A program made the translations under genes and the position numbers. From positions 22,002 through 86,001 of the forward strand of contig JBDRNT010000036.1 of NCBI GenBank assembly GCA_043810925.1: DNA of 64,000 nucleotides, in the 5' to 3' direction. The DNA comes from Candidatus Eiseniibacteriota bacterium (GTDB lineage: Bacteria; Arandabacterota; Arandabacteria; Arandabacterales; Arandabacteraceae). How positions within the stretch are numbered: the first letter of the stretch is position 1; each line of letters starts with the position of its first letter. Shown one piece after another: positions 37,027-47,901 of this stretch. Below the pieces are notes generated by a model. It was given only the letters and a program-made list of their open reading frames with translations. It did not search any database and had not been told where the DNA came from.

Positions 37027-38238
37027 ATGTTTCGAGGGTGCCGTGTCCGACCGACCAAACCGGGTGGATACCTGCTGGTTGTTGTTCTCATACTCGGGCT
37101 TGTGGGAATCGCGCAAGCGAAGGAATTCACCAGGGGATTGCGCGTCATTGACCGATCCACGCGCGTCGGTGTGACAGTCACATGTCCATCCGACACCACT
37201 GTGGATTGCCCCGACTGTGCTGCTCCTGAGATGTGTGGTTGGGCAACGGCTACGGGATGTGATCCGAACCCCGCGTTAAGCTATGAAGACTCTGTCGTGT
37301 TTTTCCGCTGTCCATGGGAATACACAGTCCTCCGTACCTGGACTGCCACTGATGGATGTGGCGATACCGGATCGTGCCGGCAACTGATTGCGGTCAGGGA
37401 TACTGTGTCACCGACTATCACATTCTGCCCTGAGGACGTCGTCGCCGAGTGTGGATCCGATATGGACGCACTCGGTCATGCGGTCGCTTTTGATAACCGT
37501 AACCCAGAGCCCACGACTCTCTATGAAGCGGCAACAAGGGCCGGCCAGGCTCCGTGCGAGTTTGTGGTGGTCAGGTCCTGGGAGTTCAGCGACGGCTGCT
37601 GTAACATGACTCACTGCCAGCAGGTGGTCACAATGGTAGACACAGAGGCGCCGGTCCTCACGTGCGCGCCTCCCGACACCTTCGCATGCGATGAAGAGGC
37701 CCATTTCACTCCTCCGGCTGTAAATGAGTGCTGTGATCCCTCACCTGTACTGACTGCCGCTAACACGGACACGATACCGGGACCGGGACCGGGCACGTAC
37801 ACGAAATGCTGGTTCGCGACTGACCGGTGCGGCAATGTGTCGAATGTGTGTTGTCAGAGGATTGTCATAGAGCCGTGCTTCAAGTCTGAGGATGCCCCGT
37901 TTGCAGCTTCAGCCGGTGGATTTGAGGCGCTCGCCCCTGAGCGCACGGAGACTGACCTGCCCTCAAGGTTCGGAGCAAGCTGCCACCCTAACCCGCTCAG
38001 CGGGAGTACGACAATCAGCTACACCCTGCCCGTCCCAAGCGAGGTTGCCATAGGGATCTTCGATATCCACGGCAGGAAGGTGGCCTCTCTCTTATGCGGG
38101 CACTCCCCCGCCGGTCATCACAGTGTGGCCTGGAACGGAACAGATGATAGAGGTGTTCCGGTAGCCTCCGGTATGTATGTCTTGAAGGTGGACTTCGACA
38201 CTGGGCCCGACATCCTCAGAAAACTGGTCAAGATGTAG
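37027..38238 (+). CDS. Secreted Cys-rich HYR-like repeat protein with FlgD-Ig tail (copy 1)
   Basis: CPxD...RTWxATDxCG repeats; PNP...FDIHGR...WNG..ASGMY. Confidence 0.72.
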   Translation: MFRGCRVRPTKPGGYLLVVVLILGLVGIAQAKEFTRGLRVIDRSTRVGVTVTCPSDTTVDCPDCAAPEMCGWATATGCDPNPALSYEDSVVFFRCPWEYTVLRTWTATDGCGDTGSCRQLIAVRDTVSPTITFCPEDVVAECGSDMDALGHAVAFDNRNPEPTTLYEAATRAGQAPCEFVVVRSWEFSDGCCNMTHCQQVVTMVDTEAPVLTCAPPDTFACDEEAHFTPPAVNECCDPSPVLTAANTDTIPGPGPGTYTKCWFATDRCGNVSNVCCQRIVIEPCFKSEDAPFAASAGGFEALAPERTETDLPSRFGASCHPNPLSGSTTISYTLPVPSEVAIGIFDIHGRKVASLLCGHSPAGHHSVAWNGTDDRGVPVASGMYVLKVDFDTGPDILRKLVKM

Positions 38239-38380
38239 CGGCACCAGTTTCAGCTAAAGAATCCACAAAGGTGGTCGACCAACTGGGTGAGGTGCGGCCA
38301 CCCCGGGCGGTGAGTATATTGCTCCCGCACCCGCCACGTTTAGGCAATCGCGCCAGGGATCGTAGCGGAGGTAAGGAATC

Positions 38381-39574
38381 ATGTTCCGAAGGCATCAGGG
38401 CCCAGGACAGGGTGTGTTTACAGTTTTGCTCTTCGCAGTGATTATTGTGACTCTTGCCGGCAATGCTGACACCAGGGGCTTACAGCAAAGGGCCGTCACG
38501 GCAGATATGGCCGCCGACGTGCTGACCCTCTTCTGCCCGTCGGACATTACGCTCGACTGCCCCTTCGACATTGCCCCCGAGTACACGGGCCGGCCGAGGA
38601 TCACCGGTGGTACTCCGCCCTATGATACGACCTATCTCGATGTCGGGAGAGAATGCTGCTGCATAGACACGTTCGTGCGTGTCTGGTGTGTCACCGATTT
38701 TGTGGGCACTGTCGATACGTGTATGCAGACCATAGTCTTCAAAGACGACGTTCCCCCGGAGATCACCTGTCCGCCCGATGTTGACTATGAGTGTGACAGC
38801 ATCGGCGACTTCGGGTATGCAACCGCAACCGATAACTGTGACTTGAACCCCAGGATCACCCACATCGACTCTGTCATGTTTGAGCGCTGCCCCTGGGAGG
38901 CATGGGGCATCCGTACATGGATCGCGACTGACTACTGCGGCAACGCCGATACCTGCTACCAGAGGATCTCCGTCCAGGACAGTAAGACGCCTGTGATCGT
39001 CTACTGCCCGCCGGACACTGTGGTTGCGTGCGATTTCAACATGGCGGAGCTCAGTCACGCAATCGCAATCGACAACTGTAATCCTCAGCTCGATATGGAC
39101 TACGAGGTGGCGAGGCTTCCCGGACAGGCACCGTGCAACTACTCGATTGTCCGTTCATGGGAGTTCACTGATGGTTGCTGCAACACGATCGCGTGCCAGC
39201 AGCGGGTGACCGTGCGAGAAGTCCCGGGCGCGGCGGACGCAGCCGACGATGGTATCGCGATTCGTGAAGTCCCGGAGCAGTCCGTGGCCGTAGTACCCGC
39301 TGAAATCAGGGTGAGCTGCCGTCCCAATCCGACGGACGAAGGTACCGCCATCATGTATTCGCTGCCGGTTCAGGGTAGCGTGACCGTTGATATCTATGAC
39401 ATTCAAGGCAGAAGAGTGATATCGCTTGTTCGTGATGAGAAACCCGCCGGCAGCCATGCAGTTGACTGGACGGGGAGCGATTCCGATGGTAGACCGGTCA
39501 CCTCGGGGGTCTACTTCTGTCGCGTCAAAATCAAGGACGGGCCCGGTATTCTCGAGAAGATAATCAAGATGTAG
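38381..39574 (+). CDS. Secreted Cys-rich HYR-like repeat protein with FlgD-Ig tail (copy 2)
   Basis: Shares RCPWE and [11 protein letters not shown] with neighbours. Confidence 0.72.
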   Translation: MFRRHQGPGQGVFTVLLFAVIIVTLAGNADTRGLQQRAVTADMAADVLTLFCPSDITLDCPFDIAPEYTGRPRITGGTPPYDTTYLDVGRECCCIDTFVRVWCVTDFVGTVDTCMQTIVFKDDVPPEITCPPDVDYECDSIGDFGYATATDNCDLNPRITHIDSVMFERCPWEAWGIRTWIATDYCGNADTCYQRISVQDSKTPVIVYCPPDTVVACDFNMAELSHAIAIDNCNPQLDMDYEVARLPGQAPCNYSIVRSWEFTDGCCNTIACQQRVTVREVPGAADAADDGIAIREVPEQSVAVVPAEIRVSCRPNPTDEGTAIMYSLPVQGSVTVDIYDIQGRRVISLVRDEKPAGSHAVDWTGSDSDGRPVTSGVYFCRVKIKDGPGILEKIIKM

Positions 39575-39596
39575 TATCGTTCGCAATGGAGCCGAC

Positions 39597-39621
39597 AGAG
39601 CCCACCCCACGGTGGGCTTTG
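39597..39621 (+). terminator. Intrinsic terminator-like hairpin
   Basis: AGAGCCCACC-CCAC-GGTGGGCTTT. Confidence 0.55.
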
Positions 39622-39627
39622 TTGTGA

Positions 39628-39656
39628 TTGACAGTACAGCTGATCCGCGGTATAAT
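39628..39656 (+). promoter_or_regulatory. Perfect sigma70 promoter
   Basis: TTGACA-N17-TATAAT. Confidence 0.8.
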
Positions 39657-39781
39657 GGTATACAGAGTCGGGAAGTGAGCAGGGTGTGTGGGGCATATCC
39701 AGGATGGACAGGTACCCGTGTCTTAGGGGCAATTACAATGTTCGAACGAGCCGGCTTCATTGCCGGCGGAGGTGGTCAAAG

Positions 39782-40993
39782 ATGACGCGGTGCTACAGGG
39801 AAACACTATCGAAATCAGCCGGGTTGGTCTTGATCCTGGTCTTGCTTGCAGCGCTTGTCGGTGGCGTCCAGGCCGAAGAGATCAAGAAGCACAGTGGGAG
39901 TGGAAAACTCACCGACGACGAATTGACCGTAATATGCCCGCGTAACATAACAGTGGATTGTCCCACCCATATCGGTCCTGAATACACCGGCCGGCCATCG
40001 ATCAGAGGCGGCACCGGACCGTTCGATACTTCCTTTGTCAATATAGGGATGAAGTGCGGTTGCGATTTCAGGTTCACGCGTGTATGGATCGCGGCCGGTG
40101 CTGAAGGTAGATGTGATACTTGCCTGCAGACTATAACGGTCCATGACAACGTGCCACCCGTGCTCAACTGCCCGGAAGATGTGGTCTATGAGTGTGATGC
40201 CGTCGGGAGTTTCGGTCGGGCCACTGCTACCGACAATTGCGACCCTAACCCGACCATCCGCTACAGCGACTCTATCGCATTCGAGCGATGTCCCTGGGAG
40301 TTCACGACAATACGCACGTGGAGAGCCCACGACCGTTGCGGCAACGTGACCACGTGCGAGCAGGAGATCAAGATCGAGGACTCCACACCACCTGTCATAA
40401 TCTGCTGTCCGCGCGATACAATCGTCTGCCGCGGCTTCAACGTTGATCGCCTCGGCGATGCGATTGCGATTGACAACTGCAACCCCAGACTCGAGATGTC
40501 CTACGAGACGGCGAGACTCCCCGGACGGTCCGAATGTGATTACTCGGTCATCCGCTCATGGGAGTTCACCGACGGCTGCTGTAACATGGTGGCCTGCCAG
40601 CAGCGCGTGACATTCCGCTGTGAGCGTGACCTCGACACCCGGGCACGTGACCACGAGGATGGTGATGAGGACGAAGAATCCGATCGCCGTGAGCCCGGAA
40701 CGGAATCACCGGTACCGGCCCAGCTGGCCTTGAGCAGTCAGCCCAATCCGCTGAGTGGGGCCACCACGATAAGATACGCCCTTCCGGCGGCCGGAGACGT
40801 CTCCGTGGCGATCTTCGACATCCAGGGCAGGGAGGTTGCTATACTCACCGGTGGACACCACGAGGCGGGCTATCACAGTGTCACATGGGACGGGCATGAC
40901 AGCCAGAACCGACCGGCGGTTTCCGGAGTTTACTTCTGCAGGCTCGAGTGTGGTACGGAGCCGGCTATCCTGGAGAAGCTCGTCAAGTTCTAG
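39782..40993 (+). CDS. Secreted Cys-rich HYR-like repeat protein with FlgD-Ig tail (copy 3)
   Basis: ATG after GGAGGT; same repeats and tail as copies 1 and 2. Confidence 0.72.
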   Translation: MTRCYRETLSKSAGLVLILVLLAALVGGVQAEEIKKHSGSGKLTDDELTVICPRNITVDCPTHIGPEYTGRPSIRGGTGPFDTSFVNIGMKCGCDFRFTRVWIAAGAEGRCDTCLQTITVHDNVPPVLNCPEDVVYECDAVGSFGRATATDNCDPNPTIRYSDSIAFERCPWEFTTIRTWRAHDRCGNVTTCEQEIKIEDSTPPVIICCPRDTIVCRGFNVDRLGDAIAIDNCNPRLEMSYETARLPGRSECDYSVIRSWEFTDGCCNMVACQQRVTFRCERDLDTRARDHEDGDEDEESDRREPGTESPVPAQLALSSQPNPLSGATTIRYALPAAGDVSVAIFDIQGREVAILTGGHHEAGYHSVTWDGHDSQNRPAVSGVYFCRLECGTEPAILEKLVKF

Positions 40994-42702
40994 GTCTTCT
41001 GATCGGCCTTCCGGATCTTTGCCCAGGCATCGCGTAGCGTCACCGTGCGATTGAATACCAGCTTCTCACGTGTCGAATCAACGGAGTCAACACAGAAGTA
41101 GCCCAGACGTTCAAACTGATAACGGCTCCCCGGATCGGCACCTGCCACACTCGGTTCAACCCGGCATGAGTCGAGGATCTTCAGGGAGTCGGGGTTGATA
41201 TACGAAGTGAATTCCTTCCCCTCTTCGACATCGAGTGGGTTCTCTTTGGTGAAGAGATTTTCATAGAGCCTTATCTCGGCCGGTAGCGAGTGGGCGGCCG
41301 AGACCCAGTGAAGCGTAGCCTTCACCTTGCGGCCGTCGGGCGCATCACCTCCGCGGGTGGCCGGGTCGTAGGTGCAACGGAGCTCGGTCACCTCGCCCGT
41401 ACGCTCATCTTTGACCACGCCGACACACTTGATGAAGTATGCGTACCTGAGCCTTACCTCCCTGCCGGGTGCAAGCCGGTAGAACTTCTTGGGAGGATCT
41501 TCAAGAAAGTCGTCCCGCTCGATATAGAGCACCCGCGAGAACGGGACCTTGCGTGTCCCCATCGAGGGATCTTCGGGGTTATTGACGGCATCCAGATCCT
41601 CCACCTGATCTTCCGGGTAGTTGTCTATCGTCACCTTAAGAGGTCGCATGACGCCCATCACACGCGGCGAGCGCTTGTTGAGATCCTCCCGCACGCAGTA
41701 CTCAAGAAGCGCGATATCCACGATGCTGTCAGCCTTAGCAATTCCTATTCGGCTTAAGAACTGTTTGATCGCCTCCGCCGTATATCCGCGCCTTCGCATG
41801 CCTACCAGTGAAGGCATCCGGGGATCGTCCCATCCACTTACGTACTCTCCTTCAACAAGCTGCATCAGCTTCCGTTTGCTCAGGACCGTCTGACCCATAT
41901 TGAGGCGGGCGAACTCGATTTGCTGTGGGTGATGCACCTTGAGCTAGTCGAGAAACCAGTCGTAAAGCGGACGGTGATCCTCAAACTCCAGACTGCAGAG
42001 CGAGTGCGTTATTCCCTCAATCGAATCCGAGAGACAATGGGTGAAATCGTACATAGGGTAGATGCACCACGTGTTCCCCGTTCTGTGATGCTCGGCATGA
42101 AGAATGCGATAGATCACGGGGTCCCGCATGTTGATGTTGGCCGCAGCCATGTCGATCTTCACGCGGAGCGTACGGGATCCATCAGGTAATTCACCTGCAC
42201 GCATACGGCGGAAGAGATCGAGATTCTCCTCAACCGAGCGGTCACGATAGGGGCTGTTCTTGCCCGGCTCGGTCAGTGTGCCGCGGTGCTCTCTGATCTC
42301 ATCCGCGGTCAGGTCACATACATAGGCCTTGCCCAGTCTGACCAGCTCTACCGCATACTGATAGAGCTGCTCAAAGTAGTCGGATGCATAGTAAAGCCGG
42401 TCTCCCCAGTCAAACCCAAGCCAGCGCACGTCTTCCTGAATCGAATCGACATACTCAACTTCTTCTTTGCAGGGATTGGTGTCGTCAAAACGGAGGTTGC
42501 AGAGGCCCCCGTAGTCTGCGGCAACACCGAAGTCGATACAGATGGCCTTTGCATGACCGATGTGGAGATACCCATTAGGCTCGGGCGGAAACCGCGTGTG
42601 AACCCGCCCGCCGTGTTTGCCGGTGCGGTTGTCTTCCTCGACAATCGCACGAATGAAGTCAAGAGGGCTGTCACTGTTCTTCTCACTCTCCGGTGTTTTC
42701 AT
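40990..42702 (-). pseudogene. glnS: Glutamine--tRNA ligase interrupted by in-frame TAG at 41944-41946 (pseudogene, read-through or sequence error)
   Basis: [62 protein letters not shown]; both halves in one frame. Confidence 0.8.
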
Positions 42703-42731
42703 CGGTTGGACTCTCCCGCTTGTTTTCGACC

Positions 42732-43241
42732 TCAGATTGTAAGGGCCCGTATCTCCGCGCACAGATTCGGGAAGGCCTTGATCAATTCATCCCGCCCACC
42801 GGGCTCATAGTCCCCGGGATCATACCCCGGCGACATGGTCGTCCCCAGGAGCGCAAAGCGCCCGCCCGGCAGGAGTCTCGAGCCCTGCCAGACTCTTTTA
42901 GGCACAATAACCTGTAACTCCATATTGGCCAATATATTCTGGCCGAGTATTCGAGTATCATCTGAGCCGTCCTCTCTGAGCAAGAGCATCTCGACCGGGT
43001 CGCCAAGGTAGAAATGGTAGATCTCATCGGCCGGCAGCCGGTGGAGAGCCGAAAACGTATCCGGCGTGAGCAGATAGTATATCGCGGTTGCAAGCGCCCT
43101 CGCAGCCTGATAGGGCCCGGGCAGGGCATCGAGAGGGATCTTGAGATCAGACCGGTAGGTCTCGGCAAAATGGCCGCCTTCAGGCTCAAGCGGCTTGAGC
43201 TTCAGAAGCGACTTCAGTTGCTCCACTGTGGTCACCGTCAC
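42732..43241 (-). CDS. Cupin_5 (DUF985) protein
   Basis: [36 protein letters not shown]. Confidence 0.85.
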   Translation of the reverse strand: MTVTTVEQLKSLLKLKPLEPEGGHFAETYRSDLKIPLDALPGPYQAARALATAIYYLLTPDTFSALHRLPADEIYHFYLGDPVEMLLLREDGSDDTRILGQNILANMELQVIVPKRVWQGSRLLPGGRFALLGTTMSPGYDPGDYEPGGRDELIKAFPNLCAEIRALTI

Positions 43242-43324
43242 CTCCCAGGATTGGGATCATCATAGCCCAACGTTAGCACGCTTACCACCCCGCATACAAC
43301 ACGAAGTTACCCCGCACCCGACAT

Positions 43325-45124
43325 CTACTGGATGTACCCGAGTGCCCGGAGCTCCCGTTTGGTCTCCTCGCCGAGCTCAGCACGGGTCGCACCCCGATAC
43401 CGGGCCTCCTCGCGCCAGATAAGGAAATACGGACCCTCCGGTCTGGGTGTGGGGCCGCTTCCCGATTCGGCCGCCGCGCGGGATGCCTTTGTCGAAAAAG
43501 GCATCCCATCCGGCGTCTTGAGTGACTTGCCTATGAATGTCTTTCCAGCGGCCGGCATGCCGTCTATCTTCAGATCAAACGAAATCGGCATCCCCATCGG
43601 TGCTTCCACTTTGAAGGCCAGCGTGAGCAAGCCGGCAACCTCAAGACCTTTGACCTCAAGCACCGATGCCACAGGATTTATATGCACAGCGTCGCCGACA
43701 TCGATAATACGCCGGTCACAGTCCAAGAACGTGTGTAAGTGGATCTTGCCAATCCCCGGGCCCTTTTCCACAGTCACTTCCAGATCGAAGATACGAGTTG
43801 TGCCATCACCTTCCATCTCGATATACCAAGTGTCGGACATAGCAAGCAGACCTCTGAAAAGCATCTCCTCCAGCATGGGTAGCACGTCCGGATCGTGCCT
43901 GACCAGGTTCTCCGTTTCACCGGGATCCTGCTGGAGGTTATACAGTCGCTCCTCCCCGTCGGAGACGTCATATACGAGTTTCCAGGGATAGGCCGTGACG
44001 CCTTTTCGCTCTCCTCCGCGTTGTAGCTCCTCGGAATAGGCAACCCCCACCGGAAATATCGCGGCTTCCACCCGGTCGCTATTACCCTTGCCCGTAAGCA
44101 TAGGCGCAAGACTCACACCTTCAAAATGCGTATCACCGTCAAACCCCAGCAGGTCAAGAACCGTGGGCATAATGTCAACCAGACGGACCTGTCGGCTTAG
44201 CCTGACACCCGCCGGAAGTCTGGCCGGCAGGGAGAATATCAGCGGCACATCTATCACCTCGCGGTAGAGTGTGTGCCCGTGGCCGTACCCTCTGTGTTCG
44301 AAGAACTCCTCACCGTGATCTGAAAGCAGGACGACCAGAGTATTGCTACTGATACCGCGCTCTTCGAGGCCTGCGAGGAGGTCACCTATGGCCTCATCCG
44401 TGAAAGCTATCTCACCGTCGTAGAGGGCTCTGATATGGTTCCAGTCAGCCCTGGTTTGCTCGTTCTCTTCACCAAAAAGAGCGGGTCTCATGCGCAAGTA
44501 CGTCTCGCGTTCAAATGAATTCCCAATCTCGCCATCGTAGCCGGGGTCATAGAGCGTGTCATACGGAGCAGCAGGTGAATACGACAGATGCGGATCGAAG
44601 TAGTGGACAAAGACAAAGAAAGGTCGATCGTCAACAGAGTCTATCCACGCAAGTGCATCCTCCGTGACCTGATCAGCGACCCTTCTTACACCGGGCGCAC
44701 TAGCATCATAATGTTCGAAACCTCTGTCCACGCCGAATTCCGTACTCAGTACCGATACGTTGACCACTGCCCCGGTTGCATAACCGCGTTCGTTGAGCAT
44801 GCCTGCAAGCGTGGGGAAGGATGTGCGCATGCTGTTCATGTGAATCCCGGCTCCATGCTGAGTCGGGTAAAGTGATGTCATGACCGAAGCAAACGAAGGA
44901 AGTGTCCATGGGCACTGGCTTACCGGATTTTCGCAGAGCACCCCGCTTCTGGCGAGCCGGTCGATATTGGGACTGGTGTCTCGCCCATATCCATAACAGC
45001 CAAGGTGATCCGGCCGGAGGGTATCAACACCGATAAGCACAACATTTAGCTGCCGGGTCGTCTCTCTGCCACATGAAAAGGCCACCAGGCAGCAGATGAG
45101 AAGAGCCCTGTATACTGATTTCAT
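43325..45124 (-). CDS. Sulfatase-like lipoprotein
   Basis: Lipobox AFSC; DTLRPDH, WTLPS, HYFDPH, YDGEI, SDHGE, LRALGY. Confidence 0.8.
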   Translation of the reverse strand: MKSVYRALLICCLVAFSCGRETTRQLNVVLIGVDTLRPDHLGCYGYGRDTSPNIDRLARSGVLCENPVSQCPWTLPSFASVMTSLYPTQHGAGIHMNSMRTSFPTLAGMLNERGYATGAVVNVSVLSTEFGVDRGFEHYDASAPGVRRVADQVTEDALAWIDSVDDRPFFVFVHYFDPHLSYSPAAPYDTLYDPGYDGEIGNSFERETYLRMRPALFGEENEQTRADWNHIRALYDGEIAFTDEAIGDLLAGLEERGISSNTLVVLLSDHGEEFFEHRGYGHGHTLYREVIDVPLIFSLPARLPAGVRLSRQVRLVDIMPTVLDLLGFDGDTHFEGVSLAPMLTGKGNSDRVEAAIFPVGVAYSEELQRGGERKGVTAYPWKLVYDVSDGEERLYNLQQDPGETENLVRHDPDVLPMLEEMLFRGLLAMSDTWYIEMEGDGTTRIFDLEVTVEKGPGIGKIHLHTFLDCDRRIIDVGDAVHINPVASVLEVKGLEVAGLLTLAFKVEAPMGMPISFDLKIDGMPAAGKTFIGKSLKTPDGMPFSTKASRAAAESGSGPTPRPEGPYFLIWREEARYRGATRAELGEETKRELRALGYIQ

Positions 45125-45230
45125 GTCTCTCAAACCTTTATCCCGAGCATATCCTCAATGTCCTGCTCTGAGGTTTATTATAGCGGTCGGTCTCTAGCAA
45201 GGACAAGTTCTTCATGACCTGCGTATGGTA

Positions 45231-45286
45231 AGAGGGCGTGTTTGACCACGCCCTCTTAGGTACGCCCCGGGGAGGATTGGGGCGTA
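45231..45286. terminator. Two tandem hairpins after the DUF6249-like gene
   Basis: AGAGGGCGTG/CACGCCCTCT and TACGCCCC/GGGGCGTA. Confidence 0.5.
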
Positions 45287-45309
45287 TCTTCTGAAAGAGT
45301 TGTGCCTGC

Positions 45310-45693
45310 TTACTCCCTGGATGCCTTGTCAGCCAGTTTCGCTATCATTCGCTCAGACAATAGAAGCCCGGCTCCGATAAAGATGGGAACGATGCCGGCA
45401 ATACCCTCGTGCATTCCCTCCTTGACCCCGAGCATAATCATGACTCCGATCCCAACACATATGCAGATCGTACCAAGAATCATGAGCCACGCCCGACCAC
45501 CCCGGAAATCCCGCTTTCTGGTTTCCCTGATTTGGTAAAGCTCGCGGGGAATCTCGAGTCCCTTTTCCGCCATGAACATGCGTTCCCGTTGCTGGCGGTC
45601 CCTTGCCTTGGATTGAAGAATCATCGCGGTGATCACGATCGCGAATGCACCCAGCAATGCTGCGATCGGTATCGAGAATGGTGCCAATCCCAT
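45310..45693 (-). CDS. Small membrane protein, DUF6249-like
   Basis: TM, ERMFMAEKG, two TMs ending PIFIGAGLL; divergent from the ECF sigma. Confidence 0.65.
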   Translation of the reverse strand: MGLAPFSIPIAALLGAFAIVITAMILQSKARDRQQRERMFMAEKGLEIPRELYQIRETRKRDFRGGRAWLMILGTICICVGIGVMIMLGVKEGMHEGIAGIVPIFIGAGLLLSERMIAKLADKASRE

Positions 45694-45759
45694 GGTTAGT
45701 TCCTCCTTTCAGATTACGATTTCTCAGCCACCCCGTCATCCCTTGTTCCACCCTCGACA

Positions 45760-45838
45760 GACGCACGAGTCCCGAGATTGTTTCACAGCCGCCCCTTTTC
45801 TTCTCACTCAGTGAAACATTCGGTCGCCATGAGTCGTC
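45760..45838. promoter_or_regulatory. Back-to-back ECF-sigma promoters
   Basis: Minus TGAAAC-N16-CGTC (45785-45760); plus TGAAAC-N17-CGTC (45812-45838). Confidence 0.55.
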
Positions 45839-45955
45839 GTTTCTAGTAGGACTGGAAGTCGTCTGCATGGAAGCGTGGCATGGCGGTGGGCTTGCAAACC
45901 GCAGCCAGGCCCGTTAGGCTATAGCTCGGTACAAGAGCCTCTCATAGGATAGGCG

Positions 45956-46567
45956 GTGGATGAGACCAAACCCCTGGCTGAGCTCACCGACGAAGTGCTT
46001 GTCGAGCGCTGTCAGGACAACGATCATCGAGCCTTCACGGCGATCGTGGACAGGTATAAGCATAAGGTTCACTGGCTGGTCAGGCGAATGGTGGGAAACC
46101 CGGAGGATGAGGATCTGACCCAGGAGGTTTTTGTGAGAGCCTACCAGGCAATGCCTGGATTTCAGGGCAGGAGTTCATTCAGGACGTGGCTCTACCGGAT
46201 TGCCCACAATCTATGTCTAACAGAACTCAGGCGGCGGAGTCGGCGGGGTGAGCATGTGTCGCTTGAAGAGGAAGGCGAGGACAAAGTCCACCGGCTTCTT
46301 TCCGGACCCTGTGAGGATCTCGAGCACGAGATCGAACGCCGCGATATCTCAAGGAGCGTGCGGACACTCGTGGAGAGACTGCCCGTACCGTACCGGACCG
46401 CCCTTACCCTCTTCTATCTCCAGCAGGTACGTTATGAGGAGATCGGCGAGATCATGGGGATACCGCTGGGGACCGTGAAGACCTACATACACCGGGGACG
46501 CCTTCGGCTGCGTGAACTCGTCCTTGCCGAATCGGACCTGGCCTCAAGCCGGGAAGGAAAGCAGTAA
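45956..46567 (+). CDS. ECF RNA polymerase sigma factor
   Basis: EDLTQEVF, SSFRTWLYRIAHN, YEEIGEIMGIPLGTVKT. Confidence 0.92.
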   Translation: MDETKPLAELTDEVLVERCQDNDHRAFTAIVDRYKHKVHWLVRRMVGNPEDEDLTQEVFVRAYQAMPGFQGRSSFRTWLYRIAHNLCLTELRRRSRRGEHVSLEEEGEDKVHRLLSGPCEDLEHEIERRDISRSVRTLVERLPVPYRTALTLFYLQQVRYEEIGEIMGIPLGTVKTYIHRGRLRLRELVLAESDLASSREGKQ

Positions 46568-47121
46568 TGAAGTGTTCAGACTTTGTAGGCTGGATCGGCC
46601 GGAAACTCGATGGGTCACTCTCCGAGGATCAGCTTCTCACGCTAGACCGGCATCTCGCGACCTGCGGTCGCTGCCGGGCGGAGCTGAACCTTCAGAGGAG
46701 AATTGTTGAGTCACTTGAGGAGGAAGGCTCTTCCGGTCTCTCAGCCGGCTTTACTCAGCGCGTATCGGAACACGTGAGGCGGAAGTCCCCGGGCGAGAGG
46801 TTTGCCTGGAGATGGCCTGCTCTTGTTCCCGCATTTGCATCTGCCGCCGCAGCGGTCCTTGTCTTCGTGTTCAGGACAGGCATCGCCGCGGCCGTTGCCC
46901 CTCGGATGGAGCGTTTTGGAGCCACGGTGGCCACCCCGCTCGCATCGGTCGGCCAGAGCGTTTTAGATATCTTCGCTGCGGCACCTGATCTGACAGGTAG
47001 AAGCATCACGATCACTGAGAGCGTCTCACCTATCCCCTTGACTGTGCTGGCCGCCGCTTCCATCGCCTGTCTTGCAGTCGCCGTGGCATTCTACAAGGCC
47101 TCCACCCTCTTTAACGAGTAA
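46567..47121 (+). CDS. zf-HC2 membrane anti-sigma factor
   Basis: HLATCGRC; TM segments; coupled to the sigma stop codon. Confidence 0.85.
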   Translation: MKCSDFVGWIGRKLDGSLSEDQLLTLDRHLATCGRCRAELNLQRRIVESLEEEGSSGLSAGFTQRVSEHVRRKSPGERFAWRWPALVPAFASAAAAVLVFVFRTGIAAAVAPRMERFGATVATPLASVGQSVLDIFAAAPDLTGRSITITESVSPIPLTVLAAASIACLAVAVAFYKASTLFNE

Positions 47122-47262
47122 GCGTAGTTGGGCCAAGTTCAAGAGTGGATCGTGGATACACGGAACGTGCTTGAACCATCACCACCGAATGATGTATAAG
47201 TGGATCAGCCAATCTGCCTGTAAGCAGTGAAGTGAGTCCGACTGAGCAAAGGAGGTTCAGCA

Positions 47263-47892
47263 ATGCCTGACGGAACAGTGGACTACCCAGCACGCCTGAG
47301 CATCGATTACCCCGCGAAATGTGACCGCCTGACGACCTTCTTCCGGCTCGTGGCCATCATCCCGATTGCCATAATCCTCTGGATGCTCGCCGACCACTAT
47401 GACGGGCGGTCCGAGTGCCGGCACTGGTACTATATGTTCACCGGTATGGGCTATGTGTTCGGCCCCACGGTCCTGATGATCCTCTTCAGGAAGAAGTATC
47501 CCAAGTGGTGGTACGACTGGAATATCGCAATGCTTAAGTTCGAAACGCGGGTCGTCGCCTATTTCGCGCTACTGACCCACGAGTATCCATCAACCGATGA
47601 AGAGCAAGCCGTCCATATCGAGGTGCCGTACCCTGACGCGGAGAAAGACCTGCTGCGCGGGCTGCCTCTTATCAAGTGGTTGCTTGTGGTTCCCCATGTG
47701 ATCGTCCTTATGTTCCTGGGTATCGCTGCCATTGTCTGCGTCATCATCGCGTGGTTCGCCATATTGATCAACGGCACGTTTCCAAGGGAGCTGTTCGACT
47801 TCGTGGTCGGGGTGATGCGCTGGTCGATGAGGGTCTCAGCGTATTCCGCACTTCTGACCACGGACCAGTATCCGCCGTTCAGTTTGTCATAG
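47263..47892 (+). CDS. DUF4389-like membrane protein
   Basis: Duplicated RV.AY..L.T..YP motif; YPPFSL C-terminus. Confidence 0.75.
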   Translation: MPDGTVDYPARLSIDYPAKCDRLTTFFRLVAIIPIAIILWMLADHYDGRSECRHWYYMFTGMGYVFGPTVLMILFRKKYPKWWYDWNIAMLKFETRVVAYFALLTHEYPSTDEEQAVHIEVPYPDAEKDLLRGLPLIKWLLVVPHVIVLMFLGIAAIVCVIIAWFAILINGTFPRELFDFVVGVMRWSMRVSAYSALLTTDQYPPFSLS

Positions 47893-47901
47893 TAAGGACG
47901 A

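Noticed and set aside
26223-42702. Genome-wide TAG or TGA reassignment
   Set aside because: Many conserved genes end cleanly at TAG or TGA at their expected C-termini; only one internal case of each was seen
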